Positions 1 through 9,636 are shown, counted from the stretch's first letter. The stretch: 64,000 nucleotides of DNA from an uncultured Desulfosarcina sp. (GCA_963674945.2 CAXXWQ010000002.1:64001-128000), one strand, 5' to 3'. Notes: generated from the letters alone by a model not told the origin. A program made the numbers and translations.

Positions 1-1004
1 AGGCTGCTAATATACAGTTCGGGCGTTCCATTTCCGTTTACATCGGCTGCGTCCACACTGATATAAGTGCTTTTGCCGGAATCGGCGGCAACCTCTTTTT
101 TGATCAACCGACCGTTTTCCATGCGGTAGATGGATACTTCGTTGCCTGAAACAACAACCAATTCCTTGCGACTGTCATTGTCAACATCCGCTATTGCCAG
201 GCCGGTGATGAGGGCCTTGAAATTCCGGCTTCTCCAGAAGGTCTGTTCCTGGTCGGCAGTACTTGCCGTGGCCGGGGCGGTAACCACGAATGCCGGATTG
301 GGAGCCTGGTAATTCGTGCCGGCGGTAGCAGGCACCGGGTTTTGTACGGTTGTACCGGCAGGAGGGCGGGGGGCGGCGTTATCATCGGGGTGCAACAGTT
401 TTTCCGGATGCATGCGCGGATCATAGTCCGGCGCTGTCGGTTGTCCCTGGGGGACAGGTACCACGGCGATATTGGGTTGGGCAGCCGGCTGTGTTGCGGG
501 ACGTTGAACGGTACCACGTCCGAAGACGGTCTGGTTGATGTTGGTGGCGAACTGGTTGATCTGCGGGATCACTCCCCCCATACTGCTGGTCTGGGCGAAA
601 AAGGGCATCGGTGGTTGCTGCCCGTTGACATCCACCATTTTGGCATCGATGCTCACACTCTCTCCAAGCACCGTAATACTGCCGAAAAGCACGTAATCGG
701 CCTTCAATTTCCCCCCTACCAGAAGGGCTCGGCTTTCGCCGTCGAAATTGTCTGTCTGTGCCAGGGCCGTCCTGATCTCGCTTTTGTCGATCACTTCCAC
801 CCGATCCCGCCATTCGATACGGGAGGCGAGCATGTCCACGATCCCCTCCTGCAGAAATGTCAGGTCTTTTTCCGCGTTTACGTCAAAGGGCAGGATTGCC
901 ACCCGCGTGGTGGCGGCAATGGTCGGTTCTGCGGCGAAGAGAAACAGCAGGGTGATTACTATCGGCAGAATGATTCTGCTTAGATTATGAGGTTGCTTTT
1001 CCAA
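1..1004 (-). CDS. Secreted FG-GAP/VCBS-repeat protein with N-terminal TolB-N/CsgG-like domain (3' end runs off the window)
   Basis: Not in the ORF track. Manual translation from TTG at 1004 (AGGAG RBS upstream) gives MEKQPHNLSRIILPIVITLLFLFAAEPTIAATTRVAILPFDVNAEKDLTFLQEGIVDMLASR..., then a Pro/Ala/Thr linker and FG-GAP-like motifs ADVDNDSRKELVV and ADVNGNGTPELYI. Confidence 0.8.
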   Translation of the reverse strand, partial: MEKQPHNLSRIILPIVITLLFLFAAEPTIAATTRVAILPFDVNAEKDLTFLQEGIVDMLASRIEWRDRVEVIDKSEIRTALAQTDNFDGESRALLVGGKLKADYVLFGSITVLGESVSIDAKMVDVNGQQPPMPFFAQTSSMGGVIPQINQFATNINQTVFGRGTVQRPATQPAAQPNIAVVPVPQGQPTAPDYDPRMHPEKLLHPDDNAAPRPPAGTTVQNPVPATAGTNYQAPNPAFVVTAPATASTADQEQTFWRSRNFKALITGLAIADVDNDSRKELVVVSGNEVSIYRMENGRLIKKEVAADSGKSTYISVDAADVNGNGTPELYISS

Positions 1005-1019
1005 GGGGGAACTCCTGTT

Positions 1020-1436
1020 TTAATGGCGCATCGGTTGTATTGGGTAAATCGTGACATCGATATGCTTCTGAAAGAGAAGAAAGTCGTTATCGTTGGTTAA
1101 GATAGACATTTTATGATGAAAGGCAGCCGCACAAATGAGAAAGTCCGTATTGGAACCTTGGATACCATTTGAACGGCAGGTAGTGAAGAATTTGGCCGCG
1201 AGTTCATAGTCGTCGGGAGAATGCTTTAGATCAGGGAACGCTCTAAGTATGCTTCTAAGTTTTTCAAACGGAGCTTTTGATTTTACGCTTGATAAAATTT
1301 CCTGCCGGATGGCTCCCATCATTTGAACACGCCCGTCGGCAATCAGATCGTTTAAGGCGTTCATTTCAGGTCCTGCGATTTGGTTTTTTCTGCGTAGGGC
1401 GAGAGACCAGATGCAGGTGTCGACAATCACTTTCAC
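1020..1436 (-). CDS. vapC: PIN-domain toxin (VapC family)
   Basis: 138 aa; N-terminal VIVDTCIW, acidic PIN residues (QE, TDFLI, TNDNDF); GTG start overlaps the antitoxin stop. Confidence 0.9.
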   Translation of the reverse strand: MKVIVDTCIWSLALRRKNQIAGPEMNALNDLIADGRVQMMGAIRQEILSSVKSKAPFEKLRSILRAFPDLKHSPDDYELAAKFFTTCRSNGIQGSNTDFLICAAAFHHKMSILTNDNDFLLFQKHIDVTIYPIQPMRH

Positions 1437-1636
1437 TATTCGACGTTCCGCTGGGCTTTGTAATCGTAATCGGGATCGAGATCGATTTTGCCGAATAGTT
1501 TGATGATTTCCATCTGTTTCCGGCGTTGGATGTACTCTCTCAATGCTTCTGTTACGACGGCTTTCTTCGTCTTCAACCCACTGATTTCCTTGGCTTCGTT
1601 TATTAATTGGTCATCTATGGCAAGGTTGGTTGGCAT
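1436..1636 (-). CDS. vapB: Type II antitoxin, VapB family
   Basis: MPTNLAIDDQLINEAKEISGLKTKKAVVTEALREYIQRRKQ, an RHH-type antitoxin pattern; AGGAG RBS; directly upstream of the PIN gene. Confidence 0.88.
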   Translation of the reverse strand: MPTNLAIDDQLINEAKEISGLKTKKAVVTEALREYIQRRKQMEIIKLFGKIDLDPDYDYKAQRNVE

Positions 1637-1651
1637 TTTTTGCACTCCTTT

Positions 1652-1688
1652 TTACACAAAAACTTACACATAAAGACCAGGAAGTCAA
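1652..1688 (-). promoter_or_regulatory. Putative vapBC promoter with candidate operator repeats
   Basis: Minus strand TTGACT-N16-TAAGTT; TGTGTAA direct repeat at 1664-1670 and 1652-1658, the first overlapping the -10. Confidence 0.4.
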
Positions 1689-1703
1689 TCTACGCTAAGC
1701 TTT

Positions 1704-3131
1704 TTAATTCAATTTTTTCCGCAATATCTCATTGACCACCTTGGGATTGGCTTTCCCCTTGGTCTGCTTCATCACCTGGCCCACGAAAAAGCTCATGAGC
1801 TTCTTCTGGCCGCCCTGGTATCGGGCCACTTCATCGGGATGGTCGGCGATGATGGTATCGACGATGGGGTCGATGGCCGATGTATCGGAGACCTGCACAA
1901 GGCCCTTCTCCTCCACGATGGTTTTGGCGGTTTTTCCGGTTTCGGCCATGGTTTCGAATACGCTTTTCGCGATCTTTCCGCTGATCACATCGGCATCCAG
2001 AAGCTTCAGCAGCCCCCCCAGATTTTCCGGGGAGACGGGCGAATCGTCGATCGTAAGCCCCTTTGCGTTCAAGAGGCCCAGAAGATCCCCCATGATCCAG
2101 TTGGCCACGGGCTTGGGCTGGTCGAAATGGTCCAGACAGGCTTCGAAATAGTCGGCCAGTTCGCGGCTTGCCGTCAGGACCCGGGCATCGGCGGAAGGAA
2201 GGCCGAAGTCTTTCATGTACCTGGCTTTCCGCTGGGCCGGCAACTCCGGCATCTGGGCCCTCATTTCATCGATCCAACTCTCGTCGATGACCAGGGGAAG
2301 AAGGTCCGGATCGGGAAAATAGCGATAGTCATGGGCGTCTTCCTTGCCCCGCATGGAGACGGTCTGCCCCTTGTCCGGCTCCCAGAGCCGGGTTTCCTGG
2401 ACCACCTGTCCGCCGTCGAGGATGATCTCTTTTTGTCGGGCGATTTCGTGGGCGATGGCTTTTTCCACGTGTTTGAAGGAGTTGAGGTTTTTTACCTCGG
2501 TGCGGGTTCCGAAGGTAGTGGAACCGGCCGGCATGATGGAGACGTTGGCATCGCATCGAAAACTTCCTTCCTCCATGTTGCCGTCACTGATGTCCAGATA
2601 GCGCAGGATGGACCGCAACTGACGAAGGTATTCACCGGCGGCCTCCGGACTGCGAATGTCCGGTTCGCTGACGATCTCCATGAGCGGCACCCCGGTCCGA
2701 TTCAGGTCCACGCGGCTGATGGGACGGTCCGGATCGTGAATGAGCTTTCCGGCATCCTCCTCCATGTGAATGCGGGTGATGCCGATGTGCAGCATCTCAT
2801 CGTCGACTTCGATGTCCAGGTGGCCGTCGGTGGCAATGGGCAGTTCGTATTGGGAGATCTGGTAGCCCTTTGGCAGATCCGGATAGAAGTAGTTTTTTCG
2901 GGCGAACCGGCTTTCCGGTTGCACGGTGCAACCGGTGGCAAGGGCCATCTTGATGGTGTAATCCACCACTTTTTTGTTGAGAACCGGCAAGACGCCCGGC
3001 ATGCCAAGACAAACCGGACAGGTGTGGGTGTTGGGCGGCGATCCGAAGGCGGTGGAACAGCCGCAGAAAATCTTGGTTCGGGTTTTCAGCTGGGCATGTA
3101 CTTCCAGGCCGATAACGGATGTAAATTCCAT
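1704..3131 (-). CDS. gatB: Asp-tRNA(Asn)/Glu-tRNA(Gln) amidotransferase subunit B
   Basis: [45 protein letters not shown]-terminal YqeY-like FFVGQVMK. Confidence 0.98.
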   Translation of the reverse strand: MEFTSVIGLEVHAQLKTRTKIFCGCSTAFGSPPNTHTCPVCLGMPGVLPVLNKKVVDYTIKMALATGCTVQPESRFARKNYFYPDLPKGYQISQYELPIATDGHLDIEVDDEMLHIGITRIHMEEDAGKLIHDPDRPISRVDLNRTGVPLMEIVSEPDIRSPEAAGEYLRQLRSILRYLDISDGNMEEGSFRCDANVSIMPAGSTTFGTRTEVKNLNSFKHVEKAIAHEIARQKEIILDGGQVVQETRLWEPDKGQTVSMRGKEDAHDYRYFPDPDLLPLVIDESWIDEMRAQMPELPAQRKARYMKDFGLPSADARVLTASRELADYFEACLDHFDQPKPVANWIMGDLLGLLNAKGLTIDDSPVSPENLGGLLKLLDADVISGKIAKSVFETMAETGKTAKTIVEEKGLVQVSDTSAIDPIVDTIIADHPDEVARYQGGQKKLMSFFVGQVMKQTKGKANPKVVNEILRKKLN

Positions 3132-3214
3132 GGGATCATTCCATGTGGATTTCGGTTAAAGTGATTATTGGCGTTGGTCGTCCACATCGCGATTATCTTG
3201 ACTCATTCCAATAT

Positions 3215-3359
3215 CAGTGTCCATCCAGAAATAGGAAAATTTGTTCGAGATCGAGGCGCACGAAAAATTTTACCGGAGGCATATGGTTGATATTCCGAGG
3301 ATAAAATTTTTCGTGCAACGAAGATATCGGGCAAATTGGCCATTTCTGGATAGACAATA
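3215..3359. mobile_element. MITE-like palindromic element
   Basis: Terminal inverted repeats CAGTGTCCATCCAGAAAT / ATTTCTGGATAGACAATA; internal perfect 15-bp IR GCACGAAAAATTTTA / TAAAATTTTTCGTGC; no ORF; ends resemble the IS end at ~24305-24325. Confidence 0.75.
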
Positions 3360-3519
3360 GCGAGCACTATCACCAACGGCAACGATTGTAAAGACTAGCA
3401 GGCATGGGATGACAGGGCAACCACATTTGGTGTACTATTTTGCCAGATCAGAAAACATATGATTATTCACAAAAGGAAAGGGTGTACCCTAACCCATCAT
3501 GGCAAAAGGAGGAACGCGC

Positions 3520-4296
3520 ATGAACGAGACCGTATCCTTTACTCATCTGGACAATCATCTCGGTGAAATTACCCTCAATCGTCCCGATCAACTCAATACC
3601 CTGACGATGGAAATGGCATCGCAGCTTACGACGGCGTTGCGAAGGGCAGACACCGACCCATCGGTACGGGTTGTGATCCTCAGGGGATCGGGAAGGGCCT
3701 TTTGTGCGGGGATCGACGTGGGTGGTTTCTCCGATAAGAGCACGATGGCCTATCGGGACTGGGTGGCCGCCATGGAGGCACCACTGGTGACCATGGGCCA
3801 AATAAAAAAGCCGGTGATTGCCCAGGTACAGGGCGTTGCGGCGGCAAATGGAGCCGGACTGGTGGCCGCAGCCGATCTTGCCATCGCCGCCGACAATGCC
3901 AGAATCGGTCTTACCGCCATCAATGTGGGGCTCAACTGTGTTGGACCGGTCATCCCCGTGACGCGATCCGTCGGACGCAAGCGTGCCCTGGAACTATTGT
4001 TGTACGGCGAGTTGATATCTGCCCCAAAAGCCCTGGAAATGGGGTTGATCAACAAGGTGGTGCCCGCCGCGGATCTCGAGATGGAAACCCGAAGATGGGC
4101 CGGCATCCTTGCCCAAAAGAGCCCGATCGCCGTCCAAATCGCCAAGTCGGCCTTTTACCGGGCCGCGGACTTGAGTTACGATCAGGCCTTCGAATACATG
4201 AACGAGGCCTTTGCCCGGCTCTGCTCCACCGAAGATGCCAAGGAGGGCGTCGCGGCATTTTTGGAAAAGCGAAAGCCCACATGGCATGAAAAGTGA
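3520..4296 (+). CDS. Enoyl-CoA hydratase/isomerase (crotonase) family protein
   Basis: ITLNRPDQLN, GRAFCAGID, KPVIAQVQG, EDAKEGVAAFLEKRKP; AGGAGG RBS before ATG 3520. Confidence 0.92.
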   Translation: MNETVSFTHLDNHLGEITLNRPDQLNTLTMEMASQLTTALRRADTDPSVRVVILRGSGRAFCAGIDVGGFSDKSTMAYRDWVAAMEAPLVTMGQIKKPVIAQVQGVAAANGAGLVAAADLAIAADNARIGLTAINVGLNCVGPVIPVTRSVGRKRALELLLYGELISAPKALEMGLINKVVPAADLEMETRRWAGILAQKSPIAVQIAKSAFYRAADLSYDQAFEYMNEAFARLCSTEDAKEGVAAFLEKRKPTWHEK

Positions 4297-4508
4297 CAAA
4301 TGATCATGAAAGGTGAAGGTTCGCGAACCGTGCAGTGATAAAAGAAAGCGGATCGGGCTGGAAAAAGGGATTTTCGTTGCGTTGCGGCTGTCAAGAAACC
4401 GAATTCGGGCAAGCTCGGAAGGCAAGCCATTTGGTCTTGCCCTCTCTATTCAAATCACCTAAAAGAAGAGGGATTGTATTTAAACGGTTCACAGCGAGGG
4501 TATTTTCC

Positions 4509-4916
4509 ATGGGCGCCACCCATGAAATCCAACTGACAGTCCCCTTCCATGATCTGGACCCCATGCAGGTCGTGTGGCATGGAAATTACTTCAAATACTT
4601 CGACAAGGCCAGATTCGCCCTGTTCGAATCGGTAGGGATCGATCTGTACCACTACCTGACGAACCACCAGATGGTCTTTCCCATCACCCGTTCTTCCATC
4701 AAACACATCCAACCCCTGCGTTTCGGCGACCGATTCATCTGCCGGGCCAGGGTTACCGAGGCGCGCTATAAAATCGCCATGGATTTCGAGATCCGTCTTT
4801 CGGATACCGGAAACGTCTGCACCCGTGGCAAAGGGGAGCAGGTGGTCGTGAAGCTGCCGGACATGGCCCTGGATTTCGAGATACCACCGGAAATCACCCG
4901 GGCGTTGGGGTTCTGA
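4509..4916 (+). CDS. Hotdog-fold acyl-CoA/ACP thioesterase (4HBT/YbgC/ApeK-like)
   Basis: VPFHDLDPMQVVWHGNYFKYFDKAR motif; ATG 4509. Confidence 0.9.
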   Translation: MGATHEIQLTVPFHDLDPMQVVWHGNYFKYFDKARFALFESVGIDLYHYLTNHQMVFPITRSSIKHIQPLRFGDRFICRARVTEARYKIAMDFEIRLSDTGNVCTRGKGEQVVVKLPDMALDFEIPPEITRALGF

Positions 4917-4918
4917 CC

Positions 4919-6631
4919 ATGAACGTTGGCCTATCCGCGGCGCTTACGGCCGGTTGTGAACGGCTTTGCGCCTGGTCTGACCTTCTGGATGAGATCAACG
5001 TGTTTCCCGTGGCGGATGCCGATACGGGTCGTAATCTCAAAATCAGCCTTTCTCCACTGATCGGTCTTGACGGTTCCATGGCCCGGCGGCGTCGGCAGCT
5101 GATCGCCTCCGCCACCGGGAATTCAGGAACCATTGCCGCCGCCTTTCTCTCCCCTTTTCTGGAGAAGATCGCCGAATCGCCCCTGTCCCATGCTGTTTCA
5201 GCGGGCAGATCCGCGGCGTGGCAGGCCGTTGCCGATCCGAAACCGGGAACCATGCTCTCGGTGTTTGACGAACTCGATAAAGCTGCAGGATCACTTTCCG
5301 GGAATCCGGAAAAAGCGGATATCGACCACATCGTCGACGTGTTGGCGGAGGCCGTTGGATCCACGGTCCGGCAACTGCCCCAACTCGAACAGGCGGGCGT
5401 GGTGGATGCCGGCGCCCTGGGCATGTTCATTTTCTTCGAAGGATTCTTTCGGCACCTGATCGGCGACACGATGGCGCTGGAACCCATCGGTCGCCGTTTC
5501 CGCGGCAGTCTGCATGTGGCGGGTGCGGTCGGCCCCACCGGTTATGTAGGATATTGTGTGAATGCGGTACTTTCCGTACCGGATGCCGCCGGTGTCCCGG
5601 ACATGACCGCTCCATTGGGTGACAGCGTGGTGGCCCTGCCCGACGGGGACCGGGTTCGACTCCACCTGCACACCCGAAACCGTGAGGAGACCCGGGATCG
5701 GCTGCAATCCGTAGGAAGGATCATCCAGTGGAAAGAGGCCTCCATGGAGGTGGAAATGCCGAAAACCACGACATTGGGGGCGACCCGTGCGGTTCACCTG
5801 ATGACCGATGCGGCCGGTTCCATATCCCGATCCGAGGCCCGGGAACTGGGGATCACACTGCTGGACAGCTATCTGGTAACGGGTGATGCGCGCGTACCGG
5901 AAACCCTCTTCGATGAAAAGCGGCTCTATCGGCAAATATCCGCCGGCCATCGTGTCACCACGGCACAGGCATCGGTGTTCGAAAAGTACCAGAGCTACCA
6001 GAGCGTCGTGGATCGATACCGCCAGGTCGTCTACCTGACCGTGGGGTCGGTCTATACGGGCAATTTCAATGCGGCCGAAAGGTGGAGGAACAAGAACGGC
6101 AATACCGACCGGTTCATGGCCGTGGATACCGGGGCGGCTTCTGGCCGTCTGGCGTTGATCGTGCGCATGACGGCACACTCGACCCGGGCGGAAAAATCGA
6201 TGAATCGCACCGCGGACATCGCACGGCAGTATGTGGACAACTGCGATGAACTGGTATTTCTGGATCAGCTGAAACATTTGGCGGCGGGCGGGCGAATTTC
6301 TAGATCCAAGGGCTTTTTCGGCGATTTGCTGGGCATGAAACCGGTGATCCGTCCGGCGAAAGACGGTGCTGCCAAGGTGGCCACCTTGCGAAAACGGAAA
6401 GATCAGCTTCCCTTTGCCCTGGATTATCTTTCGGCACGGTTTTCCAAAAACGAGCCGTTGACCCTTCTCCTTCAGTATGCCGACGAGGAATCGCGGGTGC
6501 GAAAAGAGATTTTGCCCCGATTCCGAAACCATTTTCCTCGATCCAGGATTTTGGTGACCCGGCTGTCGTTGACTTCCGGGGCACATATGGGGCCAGGGAC
6601 GTGGGCCGTGGCCTATTGCCCTGAAATATAG
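4919..6631 (+). CDS. Dak2 (FakA-like kinase)-DegV (FakB-like fatty acid binding) fusion protein
   Basis: N-terminal INVFPVADADTGRN, ATGNSGTI, GVVDAGALG; C-terminal DegV motifs MTDAAGSI, TTAQAS, LAAGGRI, GAHMGPG. Confidence 0.88.
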   Translation: MNVGLSAALTAGCERLCAWSDLLDEINVFPVADADTGRNLKISLSPLIGLDGSMARRRRQLIASATGNSGTIAAAFLSPFLEKIAESPLSHAVSAGRSAAWQAVADPKPGTMLSVFDELDKAAGSLSGNPEKADIDHIVDVLAEAVGSTVRQLPQLEQAGVVDAGALGMFIFFEGFFRHLIGDTMALEPIGRRFRGSLHVAGAVGPTGYVGYCVNAVLSVPDAAGVPDMTAPLGDSVVALPDGDRVRLHLHTRNREETRDRLQSVGRIIQWKEASMEVEMPKTTTLGATRAVHLMTDAAGSISRSEARELGITLLDSYLVTGDARVPETLFDEKRLYRQISAGHRVTTAQASVFEKYQSYQSVVDRYRQVVYLTVGSVYTGNFNAAERWRNKNGNTDRFMAVDTGAASGRLALIVRMTAHSTRAEKSMNRTADIARQYVDNCDELVFLDQLKHLAAGGRISRSKGFFGDLLGMKPVIRPAKDGAAKVATLRKRKDQLPFALDYLSARFSKNEPLTLLLQYADEESRVRKEILPRFRNHFPRSRILVTRLSLTSGAHMGPGTWAVAYCPEI

Positions 6632-6668
6632 GCCTATATGTTAAAAACAGTAACAATGGAGATGTTGC

Positions 6669-6974
6669 GTGATGAGATATTTCGTTAGAATCGCTTTGAT
6701 GATGGCGGCCGTCAGCGTGCTGTTCGTATCCGGGTGTGCCTATGTCAATGTGAAAACGCCGTATGACGCGGACTTGAACCAGACCACCTTGGGGCCGAAA
6801 ACGGGTATGGCCCAGGCCCACAGCGTCCTGTGGCTTTTTGCCTGGGGAGATGCCAGTTATGCGGCGGCGGCGAAAAACGGTGGCATCACCACCATGCAAC
6901 ATGCCGATCAGGAGGTATTCACCGTCTTGTTCGGTCTCTATTCCCGGTGGCGGGTGGTGGTCTATGGCGAGTGA
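6669..6974 (+). CDS. TRL-like family lipoprotein
   Basis: Lipobox VSGC; KTGMAQAHSVLWLFAWGDASYAAAAKNGGIT and VVVYGE end typical of TRL-like proteins. Confidence 0.75.
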   Translation: MMRYFVRIALMMAAVSVLFVSGCAYVNVKTPYDADLNQTTLGPKTGMAQAHSVLWLFAWGDASYAAAAKNGGITTMQHADQEVFTVLFGLYSRWRVVVYGE

Positions 6975-7377
6975 TAACCGGATGAATCGCGGGTGGCATT
7001 GGTTTTGGCGACTACTGATGGTGGCTGTTGCGGCATGTGCTTCGGGGTGTGGCACAGGGCCGCTTGTGGGGATCGTCTATACCAACGTCAAGCTTCCCTT
7101 TACCAGGGATCTTGCCAATACGCCGGTTCCGGCGGACTTGCCCCACTCCGATCGGGTCCTTGAGATCAAAGAACCGCTTTCCGGGCTGGGGCTGTACACG
7201 CGTCTCAATTCCAACGCCTTCGGCGATATCGCAAGGCAAAACGGTGTCGACCCCCTCTATTTTGCCGATCAGGAGGTGTTCAGTATCCTGGGGGTGTACA
7301 AGACCCATCGGGTATTCCTCTACGGTAAAACCATACCGGATCCGTCACCGACACCCGGCCTGGCGGAGGGTCCGTGA
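6964..7377 (+). CDS. Second TRL-like lipoprotein (start 6964 or 6982)
   Basis: Lipobox ASGC, GIVYTNVKLP, ADQEVFSILGVYKTHRVFLYG paralogous to the upstream ADQEVFTVLFGLYSRWRVVVYG. Confidence 0.7.
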   Translation: MASDNRMNRGWHWFWRLLMVAVAACASGCGTGPLVGIVYTNVKLPFTRDLANTPVPADLPHSDRVLEIKEPLSGLGLYTRLNSNAFGDIARQNGVDPLYFADQEVFSILGVYKTHRVFLYGKTIPDPSPTPGLAEGP

Positions 7378-8108
7378 ACGTCCAAAGGATGACAGACGAC
7401 GGGGGGAATCCGCGATATGCCGTCGTCATTCCCACCTTCAACCATGGGAATCGGGTCGATTCCGTGGTTGACCAGGCAAAGGCACTTAAATGTCCGTTGA
7501 TCGTGGTGGATGACGGTTCGACAGATCGCACTGCACGTCGATTGGAGGCCATGGCGGGCATCTGCGTTCTACGCCACAGGCGAAACCGGGGAAAGGGGGC
7601 GGCCCTGATCACCGGCATGACCGAGGCCGCCAGGATTGCCGACTATGCCGTTACCATGGATGCGGACGGTCAGCATGATCCGGCCCAGGCCAGACGGTTG
7701 ATGGCGGCCGTCCCCAAAGACCGGCGAGTGCTGGTGGTGGGATGCCGGGAGATGGCGGCTGCCCCGTGGACCAGTCGCAAAGGGCGGGCCTTTTCCAATT
7801 TCTGGGTCCGTGTTGCCGGGGGGCCGATGCTCTCCGACTCCCAGAGCGGGTTCCGTATCTATCCCTTGCCCGAGACACTTTCGCTGGGGGTGATCGCCCG
7901 CCGCTATCAATTTGAGGTGGAGGTGCTGGTTCGGGCCGCCTGGCGGGACATTCCGGTAAAGGAAGTTTCCATTGACGCCGATTATGGTGCGCGGCTGCCC
8001 CGCATCTCCCATTTTCGACCGTTTGTGGATTTTTTGCGCAATTTCGGCGCCTTTGCTCGACTTATCACACGAAGGGTGTTTACACCAACCCTATGGCGGC
8101 TCCGCTAG
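7374..8108 (+). CDS. Glycosyltransferase family 2 (DPM1/ApeJ N-terminal-like)
   Basis: VVIPTFNH, VVDDGSTD, NRGKGAAL, MDADGQH, DSQSGFRIYP, SHFRPFVDF. Confidence 0.92.
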   Translation: MNVQRMTDDGGNPRYAVVIPTFNHGNRVDSVVDQAKALKCPLIVVDDGSTDRTARRLEAMAGICVLRHRRNRGKGAALITGMTEAARIADYAVTMDADGQHDPAQARRLMAAVPKDRRVLVVGCREMAAAPWTSRKGRAFSNFWVRVAGGPMLSDSQSGFRIYPLPETLSLGVIARRYQFEVEVLVRAAWRDIPVKEVSIDADYGARLPRISHFRPFVDFLRNFGAFARLITRRVFTPTLWRLR

Positions 8109-8186
8109 TGCACAATTGTGGTTCAATACATTTCGGGATAGGTCCGGGCGATCCGGAGAGGAAAAATACCAACGTTGATTTTTAAC

Positions 8187-8221
8187 CTCGAACATTGAAC
8201 ATCGAACGTCCAACATCGAAT
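8187..8221. repeat. Degenerate 7-bp tandem repeat (5 units)
   Basis: CTCGAAC ATTGAAC ATCGAAC GTCCAAC ATCGAAT in the intergenic gap. Confidence 0.7.
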
Positions 8222-8399
8222 GATACGATCGCTTCGCTCCATCGTTTTTATGTATGCATTTTTTATCATCCCAAGGCAGGATAAAAAATGAGAGCCTTAA
8301 TTTGACGTTCAAGTTCTTGTGGTTTGTTTTTCAGCCGAGTTTCAATATTCAAAACGGCGATTCTCGGGTTTACGACCCTTCGAAGGGCCTTTATTTGAT

Positions 8400-9266
8400 A
8401 TGAAAGCTGCGTTTTATCGACATCTATCCAGTTTGTCCCGAAAATGGGGGCCGTGGTTCTTCAGCCTGGTCGCAGGCGGCATCGCAGCCGGGTATTTTCT
8501 GCTATTTCCCAAACGGGTGGCGGTGGGCGTGCGCTTTTATCGCAGGCTCTTTCCGCACATGGGGCCGGCAGGTCACCTTTGGTGCACCTTTCGGCAGTTT
8601 ATCGATTTTACCAACGTATTTCGGGATCGGATGCTGATTTTCGAGCCGAACCGGATCACCACCGATTTTGCGGGATGGGAACGTCTGCGCGATGCCTCGG
8701 GCGACCGGGGCGGCATCCTGCTCATGTCCCATGTCGGCAACTGGGAGGTGGCGGCCAGACTGCTTAAAAAGACCATTCCCGATCTGCGCCTGATGCTCTT
8801 TATGGGAGTCCGGCAGAAGGAACAGATCGAGGCCGTTCAGAAACAGACCGTCAGAAGCAGCGATATTCATGTCGTGGGGGTGGACGAATCCGGCGGTTCA
8901 CCCTATGACATCGTCGAGGGGATCCGTTTCATCCGACGAGGCGGATTGGTCTCCCTTGCCGGTGACCGGGTCTGGCAGGTCGGGCAGCGAACCCTTCCGG
9001 TCCGTTTCCTCGGGCATATCGTTCAATTGCCCGCCGCACCATATGTGTTGGCCATGGCCGCCGGTGCGCCCATCTATGTCTTTTTCGCCCTGCGAACCAA
9101 GCGATTCCACTACCGCTTCAGTGCATCACGGCCCATATGGGTGGCGGCGACGGATCGTAAGGAGCGCAATTTCGCCATGGGGCAAGCCGCCCAACAATAT
9201 GCCGATTTGCTGGCGGATACGGTTCGGCGGCACCCATTTCAATGGCACCATTTCGAGCCGTTTTAA
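8400..9266 (+). CDS. LpxL/HtrB-like lysophospholipid acyltransferase
   Basis: HVGNWE catalytic motif, LAGDR, RHPFQWHHF C-terminus; ATG 8400. Confidence 0.88.
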   Translation: MKAAFYRHLSSLSRKWGPWFFSLVAGGIAAGYFLLFPKRVAVGVRFYRRLFPHMGPAGHLWCTFRQFIDFTNVFRDRMLIFEPNRITTDFAGWERLRDASGDRGGILLMSHVGNWEVAARLLKKTIPDLRLMLFMGVRQKEQIEAVQKQTVRSSDIHVVGVDESGGSPYDIVEGIRFIRRGGLVSLAGDRVWQVGQRTLPVRFLGHIVQLPAAPYVLAMAAGAPIYVFFALRTKRFHYRFSASRPIWVAATDRKERNFAMGQAAQQYADLLADTVRRHPFQWHHFEPF

Positions 9267-9372
9267 GGATCGCTGCAATCCACTGCTTTGAATTTTTGGC
9301 AAATTGTAGTAAAAGGCGAGGGCATCTTGATTGCTGTGGTGCATTTTGAAATTGCCATGAAACGATATCTAT

Positions 9373-9636
9373 ATGACACGTCCTGAAATCCAAAAGGCGA
9401 TCATCCAAATTTTCGCCGATCAATTCGAAATCGAAAACCCGGGTCCTACGGAGGATCTGCGGGAGATCTATGAGTTCGACAGCATCGATGCCATCGAGCT
9501 GTTGCGGGAGATCGAGATCCTGCTCGATATTATACTGACGCGCGAAGAGAAGAAGGACGCCATGGAGATCCGCAACATCGAACAGATCGTGGATTACGTA
9601 GTGATGCTGGAAGAAAAGCGCGGCCAACAAAGTTGA
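9373..9636 (+). CDS. Acyl carrier protein
   Basis: 87 aa, acidic, FDSIDAIEL phosphopantetheine Ser motif. Confidence 0.92.
   Translation: MTRPEIQKAIIQIFADQFEIENPGPTEDLREIYEFDSIDAIELLREIEILLDIILTREEKKDAMEIRNIEQIVDYVVMLEEKRGQQS

Noticed and set aside
342..983. 213-aa plus-strand ORF
   Set aside because: Antisense shadow of the minus-strand FG-GAP gene, which has an RBS, signal peptide and recognisable motifs
1839..3164. 441-aa ORF opposite gatB, and similar long antisense ORFs at 5291-6586, 11707-12978, 41302-42105 and 44224-45360
   Set aside because: Codon-bias shadows of well-supported genes on the other strand; no motifs
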